A stretch of DNA of 63,665 bases, counting the filler, from Choristocarpus tenellus KU-1152 (Eukaryota > Protista > Phaeophyceae): NCBI GenBank assembly GCA_964200185.2. It is 12 parts of 12 records of this genome, joined end to end, with 100 filler letters (N's around TTAATTAATTAA, not from the genome) between each part and the next. Parts side by side here need not be neighbours in the genome. Positions count along the whole stretch, not along the records: positions 11,680 to 18,564 come from CAXNAD020007144.1; positions 18,665 to 21,575 come from CAXNAD020023713.1; positions 21,676 to 32,118 come from CAXNAD020002926.1; 9 more parts are not named here. The stretch is one strand, 5' to 3'. The notes under the pieces are model-generated. The model was not told the origin of the DNA. It saw nothing but the letters and a program-made list of their open reading frames with translations, and did no database searches. The position numbers were made by a program, and so were the translations under genes. Shown here piece by piece: positions 11,680-24,600 of this stretch. How positions within the stretch are numbered: the stretch's first letter is position 1; every line of letters begins with the position of its first letter.

Positions 11680-14600
11680 CCCCCCTCCCGTCCCCCGTAC
11701 CGAGGTCCCCCTTCTCTTCATCGTCCTCATCGTCCTCGTCCTCCTTCTGCTGCTCGTTGTCCTCCTCCTTCTCTTCATCCTCCTCCTCGTCCTCCTCCTT
11801 GTCATCATCGGTGTTGTCCTCCTTTTCGTCCCCATTCTCCTCCCCCCTCTCCTCTCCTCGTCCCTTCAATTTTGTCTTCCGTCCTTCTCCCACAAAACCC
11901 CCCCTTTCCCTCGCTTCGATAGCAGATCGTAGAACTGTCAAGACCTTGGTAGGAATCTTTTTGCCGTTCCCAACAAGTTTGTCGCACGTACAAACAATAC
12001 CCGCCACCGGTTCCCAGCTTACGTCTTCAACCTGCTTCGGTTTCCCAGTTCGCCCGGATCTATCACCAGCGTGTATGTAGCCTTCGACAAAAGTACTTTT
12101 CCCATACTTTTCAAGGGTCAGAAACGCGGCGTTATCACGTGTGTGGTCACAGGTCGGCTGAAGCCAGTGAAGATCCACCCCACGCTCCCCGTCGTCACCG
12201 ACGCGCTCTGCTAAGATCTTGCCAACCAAGAGCGGCGCCTCCGTTGCCACAAAAAAGGCAAACCTGCCTTCCGGCACGGTGACGACGTTTTGATCGTTCG
12301 CCGATCTCAAGGTAGCACGAGGCCAACCCCGTCGACGGAAGCCAGGTTCTTCCGTGTCACTGTCCGATGAGGAAGAGTGTGTTTCCTCGAGCCCGCCGAG
12401 ATCATTGTCACCGCTGATGGGATTACCTCCTCCACCCGAACGTTCGCCCTCGTCGGTGTCTTCGATGTCACTGGTACCAGTTCCAGTGCCATCGTCATCA
12501 ATGGGAAGCCAATGGACTGGGAGGTCGAACTCTCGTTCCCCTGTCTTTTTGAGAAGCTGCACAAACTCGCTTTGCTCGTGTTTCGCTCTCTGAACGGCTT
12601 CATCGTCTGCGAAGGTGGATGGCATGAGCACAAGAACATCAACGGTATGGAAACATGAATGTGACTTTGTAACCAGCCGTAAGGTTGCATGAATGCACTC
12701 GGGGAGCATGTAGTGAGAGGTAGGGTGTATATTTCTTCGGACTCGTCGCTGTTGAGTACAAGACTGGTACCCTCAAAACATTTATCGGGGGTAATCTACA
12801 GTACTTGTTTATTGTGACACACAACGATCACTACGCATGAGAATGGAATTTTTTTCAAGCTTGTTTTTGTAAAGGCTGTAAAGGCTGCCTCGTACAGAAC
12901 TTGCACCGGATTTTTTTGGCTGCCATCGAATACAAAAATTGGCCATCAAGTCCCCTCACGAAATGTTCGACTTACCCAGTGGGTACGCAGCAGCGAGGCG
13001 CTCGTGCGACGCCTGGTGCCGCTGCTCCACCTTCAGGATGACGTCTTCGGGCACACTCTTGAGCTGGTAGGGTGGTGCATCTTGGAGACGAGGCGGGTGG
13101 CCAATGAAGAGGTCGTGCGGGGGGGTGTTAGGGTCGATAGCAACATTGACACCTATCCCACTCCATGCGGTGCTGTGCATGTATTGCTTCACGCTAACCA
13201 TAACCCGCCCATCACCGCCTTTTTCAACGCGAAAAGCCCTGTAGCTCGTGATGTTGGGAACACAGTTGATGCGACCGCGAAGGAGTCCCTTGAAGTTGCC
13301 CTCGTTCCGTAGGGTCTTGTAGTAGACTGGAACCTCCGTGTAAGAGGTCTGCAGCTCTTCACCCAGCTGTGTTCTTGTGAAGATGTTCTTCCCTTTGACA
13401 CCATGTGAGAATCTGAAGGTGAAATGCAAGCAAGTTAATTTTGAGGCGGGCGCGAAAGAAACGAAGTGGAGAAGCAAGATATATATGTGGGCACATGCTC
13501 TGATGCATGTATATGGAGGTATACATATAAAAAGGGGTGATGCGTACATTTTTTTCATTGTTTTGTTTCGAGGCTAGGTTACAATACAGTTTTGCCAGCT
13601 GCTCTTCTCATGATATTTTGCTGTGGGGAAATAAAAGGTCAATCAATCAATTGAAGTGTATGACCATAAGCCTTCCAGAGACTCAACAAGCGTGAACTGC
13701 ACGCCTCAAGGCAGTATCTGTCCATGTAAATACACCATGTGGCTATTGTATTCACGGTGCGTGCCTAATTACCTGGAGAAGATCTGATCGATCTTGATGT
13801 GCGTGTGCCTCACCATCATAAAATGTATCTCGACCACATGAATGACACTCGCTGCAACCAACAGCCCCGCATATCTGAGAAAGAAATTGTTCTTGTTCTC
13901 TGAGACGCAGTTGTCGACCTGGCTAGTTTGGGGAGTTGGGAGCGAGGGAGGGATAGGCGTGAGGCCGATATGTCAGCTGGTTTTACCACATTTTGTGGAG
14001 AAACAGGGCGTGTTTCAAGCAGTGCTAGAGCGCAAGCTCTACATCACCGCCATAATACATGCAAATTGCAACCCACAAACCAAAACTAAATACCACGCAG
14101 TTAGTTACTTGGTGGCCGCTATTCGGCGAGTAGATCGCAAGTAGGTCGTCTCAAGATGAACATTCTTACCTGCCAATGTGTGTGCTGGATGATGCAACCC
14201 CCCGCGTGATCGAGGTTGTTGTGGTACTTGTCGATAAGCCTTGTGATGGCAAGGTGGGTGGCTGTGCTGACAAGGTTACAACCTGCACGAATGATGATGT
14301 CTGTCGTTAGTTGGCAAATAGTACTCTGCTTACTTACTCATTGTTTACTTGGAGCTAAAAAGAGGGGTAGTGCAATGTGTTTTTGCGATGTGGAGCACAT
14401 ACACCCGACTGGCTGATGTAGATGTCTGTCGGTTTCCCTCCTCCTTGATTAGCTCTTACGCTCCTCTTGCCCTTCCGAAGCTGAGGCGTACGAGGGCAGG
14501 GGAGCACAGCGCATCATGAGTTAATCGACTGTTCACCAGGCCTGCAGTATCTGTAGGCAAATCATGCAAGGGAGTGAAAGTATCTTAGAGGGTACGAGTT

Positions 14601-17600
14601 TTGCCCTGTTTGTCCATTTGGGGCTTGGCTCCCCATGTTTTTTTTGTTTCAAAGTAGGTAAAATGTATATGTTATGAAAAGGTGTGTCCGAAAGAAGGAT
14701 ATTGACACTTCCTAACAAACACGATGGACAAAACTACATCAACATCGCAACAATGGATTTGGCCTTCAAATGGACGCGGTCCTACCCTCTAAGATACTTT
14801 GGCTCAAGGATGTACTCATCCTTGCACGATCTAACCTGCGGTGGGTTCTCTCACCATGACGGTAAATCAAGTGGTGCGTGCGCAACCAGCATCTATTCGG
14901 TCGTGTGATTGTTGTGCCACAACCCACAATACGTACCTCCTCCAAGATTTTGAGGAGTGAAGAACACCTCCGCGAACTGGCCTTTGACGTGTGCGACCAT
15001 GATCTTCTGGCGCTCGGAGTAGCCCCTGATAAAAAGGATATGAACCAAAGAAACGTATAAAGAAAGGTGTTACGGTGCGTTATCATCATGATGAACGGAA
15101 TAGGTAGTGTTATTATGTACGTCGGTGTTGGCGGTTATTTCTTGGGACTTTGCACTCACTCGTTGAATAAAACAGGGTGGTCTATTCTCTTCTGCGTGCG
15201 GCTGCAAACTTGTTGACAAACGGACTATGCGTACGTGTGGTTACCTGTCACCGCCGTGGGTAGGTGGGTAAAGTGCTGGGAGGGCGTGGGATGTCTGGTT
15301 CGCCGCGTCTATAGACATGAACACGAAGCCGAGAGGTTTGCCATCAGCTTTGGCCCGCACGGCGCTGCTGGTGTTGTTAGCGATGACCAGCCGATACACT
15401 TGGATATTCTGGCGAATGGGGGAGAGCAACATCACGTCTGTAAATCAAATAAATCTGCTTAGAGGTGTAAAAAGATGGCCACTTGTTAACACGTACAAGG
15501 TACGTGACAAAAATCGTGTGTAGGTAACAATAAATGTTTGTTTTTGCTCCTATTTTTTACTGCTGTATTCAAGGCAAAGACAGTATTATCAGCACGGGAG
15601 CAAGTACGTACGTATGGGGCCGGAAGACCGCAACATGACATGTCCCTCCCACAGCCCGTTGTAGACGACCAGGAAACAGTCTATCACACAAGGTGTTTGG
15701 GCAACTAATAACAACAGTTTTACTCTGAGTGAGGCTGCTGCTGCTGCCATAAGCACCTGCATCGGAGTCTTCAGTCGCAAAAGGCAACAGATGTTATTCC
15801 CAATGGAGGGCAATGACGGCGACATGTTGCTACTATACGATTGTCGCAAAATTAATGCTGGACACCTACCTTTCGATGGTCTGACAGCTCCTTGTCGATG
15901 GAGTCGAGGACGGTGGAGTCGTTCGTGGGTTTTACACCAGGCGCACGGTGCCGCTTCTCTTTTAACGTGACACATATGTCACATTTCATAAATTCGTCTC
16001 CTACCCTCACCCTGATGTTGGGCCTGTCCTCTCTGAGCAATCGGAGGAAGTGCGCCTTGCTTATCCGCTTGGAAGTGTCATCAGGATACATCCATATTGC
16101 CTCTTTGCAAAAATCCTTGTATAGCTCCTAATTAATAATGTTGTTTGTGTGGACAAGTGAGGAATGATTGAGAAGGAACACTCGAAGAACACCGATGCAT
16201 GATCTCTCGAAGGCGGGCTGACAAATAACTTAACTGACAACACGGAAGTCAGGATCAAGCAAGCTTACATCGTGCGTAATGAAAGAGCAAATAGAATGAT
16301 CTTCGTAAATCTTCCAAGAGCGTCATTCTGTTCGCGTCTTGCCGCCGTTTGCAGAAATGTAAAGGAGGTGAATCTACCATCATCATCATCATCATCATCA
16401 TCGCGAAGTCCTTGAGACATACGAAGTACACACTTTTACTACCAAGGTCAGACCGGGCCCGGGGCCACAGAGTAGGTGTACGCAGCGGTGAAATAACAGT
16501 TAATGTGCCTTCCTCCGTAAAAGCAACGAAGAGTATCATCATCATTGTAGTCTCGACATTACAAAGAAAAAAATAGTTTTAACCATAATCTCAGGTCGGT
16601 CAAAGTAATAACCACCCACCACTTGAAATACTCCTTTGATCCACTTCTTCTATGTACTGCTGGGTCACACGGTTTGCAACTAACACCAACGCAAGGTGTG
16701 GCCAATCTCACCACAACCAAGGGCGAAACCTTCCTCTTTGTTCGCGGCGTATATCACAATTGTGGTCTTGTGAGGCATGAACTGCCCTTACGTATCCGCC
16801 CGGTAGTCTATCCAGGACATCACCAGGTCTCGCTTCGGAGCCATATCCTTCTCTTTGTTCGTGCCGTTCCTGTTGTAGTAGCGCACGTATGTATATATGG
16901 ATGGGAGGTGTGTTGGAGGTGGATATAAGGGACAGGGGATGGAATCGTAGAGGAATCGTATGCCAGCAGCGGATCACATATTCTGTAGGTATTTACGCGT
17001 GGTAACTGCAGCAGCAGCGCAAGGACGGCCGGATGGGATGTTATTGTTGAAGTGTAAATAAACATCTCACACTTATACATACACATATATGTAACACATA
17101 ACTCCACGCTGGAGGGATCTCTAACTTTGTACATCAGACATCTAGGCATGGTAACTACAAACTGAACGTGGCGAGTACGGTCGGATTACATTGTTCCGAG
17201 ATAGGACTCTTATTCAATCATCAAGCAGGCGAAAATATATACCGGGTACAAATAACACTCTGTACATACATCAAACCCACCTCTCCACACCGGAGGATGC
17301 TCTAAAGTTAGGTGTACCTTTGCAAACGTCGATGACATGATTGGATATTCCGAACGATGCCTTGAAAAACTGTGTACAAACGGGAATGCCGGCCGCGAGC
17401 ATAGATCTGCCTCCAGGCCCCAACTTAATGACAGGTACATGGTCACCAACGAAGTGCTTGCGATTACGGCGGTTTTCAGACGCCCGGATGATGTCATGCT
17501 CTTTGGCCAATGTGCGGGCAAAGAAGGACTCGCTATCTGCCGCGAACTTCTTCACACAGGCTAAGCGCTTGCATCAGTCACCCTGTTCGTTGACCGGGAT

Positions 17601-17756
17601 TGGTTGAGCCCATTCTTGTCGAAGCTTGGCGCCAGTCGCTGGAGCTTCATTGGTAGAAAGCTCCAACGCATCATTGTTGGTGAGCTGATGAGGGGGCAAC
17701 GCAGGGGGCGGCACAGGTGACAAAAGCCACCCCCTTGCTGTGGGAGCAACTGTCAT
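11680..17756 (-). pseudogene. Intron-rich Sola-like (DUF7869-type) DDD transposase, pseudogenised
   Basis: Exons 17756-17281, 16869-~16733, 16127-15870, 15408-15245, 15025-14937, 14282-14170, 13918-13773, 13412-12976, 12606-<11680. Phases are compatible, but the exon-2 donor looks mutated. Motifs VCTQFFKASFGIS, KCDIC...H, MSIDAANQ, VDNCVSENKN, HTHIKIDQIFS. In-frame stops at 17574-17576 and 16788-16790. Confidence 0.8.
14572..14805 (+). mobile_element. MITE family A, copy 4, in transposase intron 5
   Basis: Full TIRs; TSD AAGG/AAGG. Confidence 0.92.
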
Positions 17757-17997
17757 GGTGTTTTCGGGCAACAGGCGGTCTTGGGCAGTGAAAAGGTCTA
17801 GGAGTGAATTGAATTCGAAGCCGGGCGTACAATGTTTGAGTTTGAAGAGACCCATAGGACCAAAATGAAATCTGTGTTCTGGAAAACGCGTTTATTCTGG
17901 CTGTGATGAAATAAAAACTAGATTCTAATCTGGATTCAGCCAACAGTCGGTCTTGGGTACGATAGAATTGAAGTCGAAGCCGGGCGTGTGAATGATG

Positions 17998-18501
17998 TTT
18001 GAGTTTTGGGCGATCTGTCGGACCACCCTGAAATCCATGATCCGGAAAATATGTGCATTATGGTTTTTAGAAATTAAGAATTCGATTATATTCGTAATTT
18101 CAATTTTAAAAAATACAAAGCACATACTTAATTGATCTTGTACGTTTCCAATGTTCCGAAACTTAATAGTCACAAAAAACTGTCACCCTCTAATTTTTTT
18201 AAATACAAAATCTTATATTGTTCGACATTTGTATTTTATAATACAAATGTCGACGAAAAGCGAACTTTGAGTTTCGGGCGATCCGTCGGACCACCCGAAA
18301 TCCATGAACCGGAAAATGCGTGCACTATGGTTTTTAGAAATTATAAATTCGATTATATCCGTAATTTCAATTTTTAAAAATACAAAGCACATACTTAATT
18401 GATCTTATACGTTTCCAATGTTCCGAAACTAAAAGGTCACAAAAAACTGGTACCCTCTAATTTTTTTAATGCAAAAGCCTATATTGTTCGACATTTGTAT
18501 T
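17998..18501. repeat. Tandem direct repeat of about 269 bp (2 copies) with a 14-bp-stem palindrome
   Basis: 17998-18266 matches 18267-18501; palindrome TCGACATTTGTATT-TTAT-AATACAAATGTCGA at 18222-18253. Confidence 0.88.
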
Positions 18502-18564
18502 GAGTGAAACTATCTTAGAGGGTACGAATTTTTCCCTGTTTGTCCATTTGTGGGACTTGGCTTC
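18502..18564 (+). mobile_element. MITE family A, copy 5 (truncated by contig end)
   Basis: GAGTGAAACTATCTTAGAGGGTACGAA. Confidence 0.88.
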
Positions 18565-20517
18565 NNNNNNNNNNNNNNNNNNNNNNNNNNNNNNNNNNNN
18601 NNNNNNNNTTAATTAATTAANNNNNNNNNNNNNNNNNNNNNNNNNNNNNNNNNNNNNNNNNNNNAGAAAAAAAAAACAACTTTCGCTTCTTCATCCTTGC
18701 AAGCAGAAAACTGGAGGAATACATTTTCATGCCCCTCTTCCTCTCCTTGAGAGAGGCTGGGGAACTCACGGGTTGAATCGACTGTAGGAAAAAGGGATGG
18801 TGCTGTGGTATGCTCTGTGACGGTTCAGGATTTTTTCTTTTCTTTTCAGAATGTTTTTTGTGGTGAACGCATCATGACTCTGTACGTGTGTTGATTCTGA
18901 GAGCGTGAGGCTGTTTAGATGATTGAGGGGCTACTGCAAATGCCAAGCGAACGTGAACTCTGACTAGCTGTCACTGAAGTGCATGCGGTGTAAGGAAGGG
19001 GGGGGCGGTTGAATAGTTTTTGGGATCGGACGAGTTCCTGCCATTGGAGCACACATTGAATAGAATGTGGCACTTGACAATAATTGGACTAAAATGAATA
19101 TATCTAGAGCTTGGATACAGATATATGGCAATGCAGATGAGGCAGTAAGCCAGCCTGTGGGAGAGTTAGAGCATGAAGAAGGACCTTCCCCACTACTAGC
19201 ATCTACATCTACCATATGTGGGGAAGCTCATAATTATTCCATTTTGTATTCATGCTCAGAAATCGCTTTTTCAAATGTATTTTTTAACCTGATACCCATA
19301 TCCCTATATCCATTTTTTGGGGGGGTTTGATACATGCCAGCAAGGCAGGATGGTTCGACAAGAGATAAGTGTTAGGGTTAGGGTGTAACAAGTGGGATTT
19401 AAACCTCTTTGATCTAGAGAGGGGCTTCAACCAGCCTATATGTTAGTAATCTTTAGTATGGACTGCCATACCTGTTTGCGTCAAGTTTGGCCAACCTTCA
19501 TTGTTCTCACGTGCCTAGCTGTCTTGAGCTGTGGAATGAGGATCTGCTCTTCAGCTTTTAAAGTGTCTTGACCATAGAATTATTGCACAAACTATTTTAC
19601 AGGACTATGTTCTCGATCTTCTGATGTTCAGGGCAAGAAATTGTTGTAATTCGACGCTGACACACCAAAGAAATAGGTCTGTAGCAATGCTGTGGTGTGC
19701 TCAAATTGTCTCAAGGGCTTTGAGTAGAAAACCTGGAACGCATTGCAGCTCTCAATATGGAGGAGTACATTTTTCTCTATCATTGTTAGGACAGTATTGG
19801 ATGCCTTATGGACATGTCTACCCTATTTTTTTTATTCGAATTGCATGCTCAACTTGCCAGTAGTATGTACAAAAACGTGGTAACATGGCAAATCGTGCCT
19901 CCTGAAGAGTATCGATAGCACCATTGCCTTGGGGAATATGCAGAACAAACATCATATTGCCTACCACATGCTAAATCACCCTTTATGTTGGAGGAGACAA
20001 GACAAGATGAATGCATTCCGTTCATGCCCCATCTCCTCGGGGTCTAACCTGGTAAGGAGCTCAAGTCTTACTACCAGCCTCACCCAAACCAACTTGTGTG
20101 AAGTACATGCCAACCCATGCATGCTTGTCATAGAACATGGGATCTCCTAGCCTCAATGCTGCGCGAACATTTTCCCCGTAGTACACAGTGGCCACTGTCG
20201 GGTGGGAAGTAGAGTAGTGAGGGATTGTTGATACCCTGACAACACGACTGGAAGAGATAGTGTAAATATCAGTGCTAGCTAGCAACTTTATTTCCTATTT
20301 TCAAAAGCCTTGGTGGTAAGCAAGGTCCCTGTACTATATTTGCCCCAGTGCATAGTAGCCTTCAGGCTTGGGTTGGATAAGATGTTATTTTGTTGACCTT
20401 TTCTTGATATTAGACTTGTGGGATTGCAATTGGTATGCAGAGATCTAGGTGTGGCTGAAGAGAACAGAACAAGTAGAAATATGTGTGATTGTGCCCCTAC
20501 TTTTGAGATCTTACGTT

Positions 20518-20777
20518 GAGTCAGAGTATCTTGGAGGGTAGAGTCGCGTCCGTTTGGGGGCTAAAATCCAATGTTGCGATTTTGATGTAATTTTGGCTGT
20601 CATGTTTGTTAGGAAGTGTCAATATCCTTGTGCCAGACACACCTTTTCATGGTGTACACTTTTCACCTACTCCGAAATGTTCCGGAGTAGGTAAAATGTA
20701 ATTAAGAAAAACGTGGGAAGCCAGACCCCAAACGGACAAACAGGGTGAAACGCGTACCCTCTAAGATAGTTTCAATC
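20518..20777 (-). mobile_element. MITE family A, copy 6
   Basis: Reverse-oriented full copy; flanks CGTT / GTT. Confidence 0.9.
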
Positions 20778-21482
20778 GTTGTGATATAGAGGCTAGCCGT
20801 GGGGCATTCATCATGGTACTGGCACAAACTTTCATCCATTGCGTTGGATACCCCTGCTGTTGATAGAAATCAATTTTGATATTTATTCTCTAATTTCGCA
20901 CCTAGCAAAGCTGTGCCTACCGGTAAACCAGCTATGGCACCTACCAATCTTTTGGAGGATGGATAGCACCAAGTATGCTGGGAGATCCCACACCTCCCAA
21001 ATGTCCATACTTGGGTCTCTCATCATAGAAGCCTTCCCCAAAAAATATAGCATGACAGATTAGGAGTGGGGAAAAATATAGATGGTGATAAACAGCATCA
21101 GAGGGATAATCGACGATTTTGCAAAGACAGAAATATGCTGTGAAGTAAGGAACATATGTAGTATGAAAGAAAGGGATATACTGCCACAGCTCCTGAAAGT
21201 CCACAGGGATCCTATTAGCTAAATTAGCTCTGGACAAGTGTATTCTCTCAACACAAAGCAATAAGCAAGGAACTGAATGTCAGCATACCCTCCAATAAAA
21301 ACTCTCTTGCAAAAAAGAGTGTTACTTGTGACACTGCCATTGTTGTAGATATGGGTCCAATTATTTCATTCCAAAGTTGGTGTTTGGTAGGTCATCCCTT
21401 AGTATGGTCGCTAGTTACATGCAGTGCGTGATGAGTGCATGATGAGGCCACTCAATGCTTCACACCTCGAAGTTTTTCTAAA

Positions 21483-21575
21483 GACCCAAAGTATCTGGGG
21501 GGGGGGGGGGGGGCTGAGTCCGGGGGGTCGATGGTACCAAAAACCTGCAAACTGCTTTATTGTATCTCGTTTATG
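21483..21575 (-). mobile_element. MITE family B end at contig edge
   Basis: GACCCAAAGTATCTGGGGGGG. Similar ends at about 8188-8218, 36361-36388 and 46157-46179. Confidence 0.7.
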
Positions 21576-21675
21576 NNNNNNNNNNNNNNNNNNNNNNNNN
21601 NNNNNNNNNNNNNNNNNNNTTAATTAATTAANNNNNNNNNNNNNNNNNNNNNNNNNNNNNNNNNNNNNNNNNNNN

Positions 21676-24600
21676 CCAATGCCTCCTGCTCATTCCCCTG
21701 TGACTGCCCATGCCAATGCCCTTTCCCGCCAAGACCCCTCCTCCCAGCCCATCCTGAAACATTGGGATTTAGCCTCTTTCCTTCACCGCAGGTATTTCCC
21801 CTGTTCTCACACCTAGTCTTACTCGCTTGGACCTTTCCTCCGAGTGGTGAGGCAGGGTGGGGCAGCCAGGACGATGGCAGCCTTTGTGAACCACAGTGCC
21901 CTTGGGAGCCACCCCCTGTGTCTAGAGGACGAGGTCGCTTGTGGCTTTCATACATATGATTGCGAAAAGACTGTTGGAGACGTTAGGGTTAGGATTGGGG
22001 TCAGGTACACAAAAGCGTGAGAGAGGGAGGCTGGAGAGGGGTTGGACAGGTTTGAGGTTGCAAAAATCGATTTTTGGGGTGGGGAGAGGTGGAGGGACCC
22101 ATGTCATCAAAACACTTGGGATCCATTGAAGATGTTTGCTTTCTTAGCAGGTGAGTGCTACACCGTACTCCAATGGCACACAAGTTTGAAACTACGTATA
22201 TTGATAGTAAATAAATTGCTTTAGATACAAGACGTGAGATTAAGGGGCTATCTATATGGTTCATCAATCGTAATACTCAATTGCCCATCCTGGCACAGCA
22301 TACACCATTGCAGTCAACATGATGGAATTGATTGTGTGTCTTGTCTCCAGACTGAAAACTTCTTGCAGTACTAAATGGATAATTTTTCAATGCCACTGGC
22401 TGTGAACTTAGTACATATTGCTAAGGCAATCAAGAGGGAAAAGAATACAGGGGGAATAAGGCAACGCACAATCAGCTTTCATCCTGAAAATCACATACAG
22501 TCTGAAGACCCCAAAAGGCAAATTGTTCAAGGTAGAAAACAATACAAATGCTGTGTATACAAAGTGATCATTGTAAAAAACAACGCACAATGACACTCAA
22601 GAAACCTCACACAACCCCACCCAACTCAACTATCGTGCCCTAACCCTAACCTTAAGACATATCACGTCAAAAGGTTCATGGCAGTGCCTCACTCACCTGA
22701 ACAAGGTCATTTTTCTGTGATGTACTCAGGTGCGGAACATGGGCTAAGCACTGGACAAGGAGCATGGGAATGGTGGGGGTGAGGATGGAAGGGCAATTTT
22801 GTTATTATCTATGTAGAATGTACACTGCTCAGGTCTACTGTGGAGTAGAGCGGGGATATGAGTAAGGTCGGGGTTGGAGTAATCTGTTGAACAGTTTCCT
22901 CCACACAGACATATGTGAGCAACTATTGACCAGGCTACCACCACCAAAGATGACATGACATGGCATGTTCACCTGTAGGTAACAACAGGACCGTGTTCTA
23001 GATAAGGGAGAAGGCATTGATATTGAGTAGATGATAAACAAGCAGATAACTGGTTGAATGACCTGAAGGAGGCTGAGACAAACACATGCCCAACCACCTT
23101 CACCTTCCCCCTACCTCCCTTGCAACTCCAGTAAAACTCCATCCCCACAACTGCCTTACAACCACTTCTTCCAATACAGGTACAGGTGAAATTCATTAAA
23201 GAACTTGTGCCTCAGACAACTGGAGACAGGACACCTACTCCAAAACCACACATTGCCTACACATTGCAACTCTTACTTTAGTCCATCTACACCAAAACAA
23301 ACCTTTAAAAGGAACAGATATCAATATTCTCTCCCCCCCTCCCTTCCCTTCCCCAATACAAACACAAACACCACATAAACAGAAATGTGGAGAACTAAAC
23401 ACACACCTTGACTGCTGCTTCAAACTCAGCCTGCGTCAGCGGCTCATTGGCAGGGCACCGACCTACATAAGCACACACACCACACGTTCTTGATGCATAG
23501 TCCCTGTTGCTTTGACCCACACTACTCCAGGTGTACAAGACAAGATGATGCAGTCAGTTACAATGGGGAGAGGGGGACAAAGAGAGAAAGAGCAAGAGAG
23601 AAGAAATATATATATATACTGTATGAAATACAGTTGACTTACTACTCTTCTGAGCACAGCCAAAACCAAACAAACTACTTTGAAAGCTAGCGAAAGTAGC
23701 TTTGTTTCGTTAAATGTTACAAAAAACAAATGAACAATTTGAAACAGTGAACCAGCTATTGCTGGGAAGGTGGACAGATGAGTGTGGAGGGAACCCAGCA
23801 CAAAACTGGAAATGGGAAATTGATTTTGTTTAGGACGCAGGTGCAAGAGGCTTGGAGAGTGTAGAAGACGGGGGTAGAGTTAGAGTTAGGGATATTCATT
23901 GAATCGTATGGATAAAGCTTGTTTGCAATATATTTATTGGCAAACCCTGCCTTCTTGAAAGGCATCCAACAACTAAAATGTCCCAGGTATTTACATCTGT
24001 TGAATGACCTGTACAGACCATGTTGAGCCAATAGGATGGATTCGTTGTGTAATATTAGCATCTCTCCAACCTGAACCTGGGGGTTCAATCTTAACCCCCT
24101 AATCCCAGTCATACAAATACAATGATCACCACTCTGCAATATTCGCTCAACTCAATATAAGGATCGCTACATCTGACAGCGCTCAGTCAATAAGCCTGGC
24201 CCTGGTCGTCACCTGCCAGCCTCCACCACAGTTGGTCCTGCACCTCCCTTCTGCATCTTTGGCTTGCCGATTTTTGTCTCCACATCACCACCACATCCTC
24301 CTGGAAGGGTTGACAAACCTTTCCCCCTGACATTCACAAATACCCATCTGGTTGAGAACATTATCTACACCTAAGCACATACACTTGTATTCGAAGAGGT
24401 GTGCTATCAACAGTGGGGCTCGGAAGACAAAGACAATATACTTACAATAAGATACCCTAGCCCAAATATATGATATAGAGACATTTGAACAGGATCAGTG
24501 GGGGGCTGGCTTTCTGTAGAAACCTAACCCTAGACCCACCTGCACAATTCTAACTCCTACATATTTAAACATCATATTACTTCACTGCCCTCCTCAGTCA

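Noticed and set aside
17574-17576. TGA as selenocysteine or an alternative genetic code
   Set aside because: The same gene also has an in-frame TAA, a mutated donor and a mutated motif. Decay is the simpler explanation, and host exons lack internal stops.
10760-17756. Ankyrin gene as cargo of the transposase element
   Set aside because: They are on different contigs separated by a spacer, so linkage cannot be inferred.
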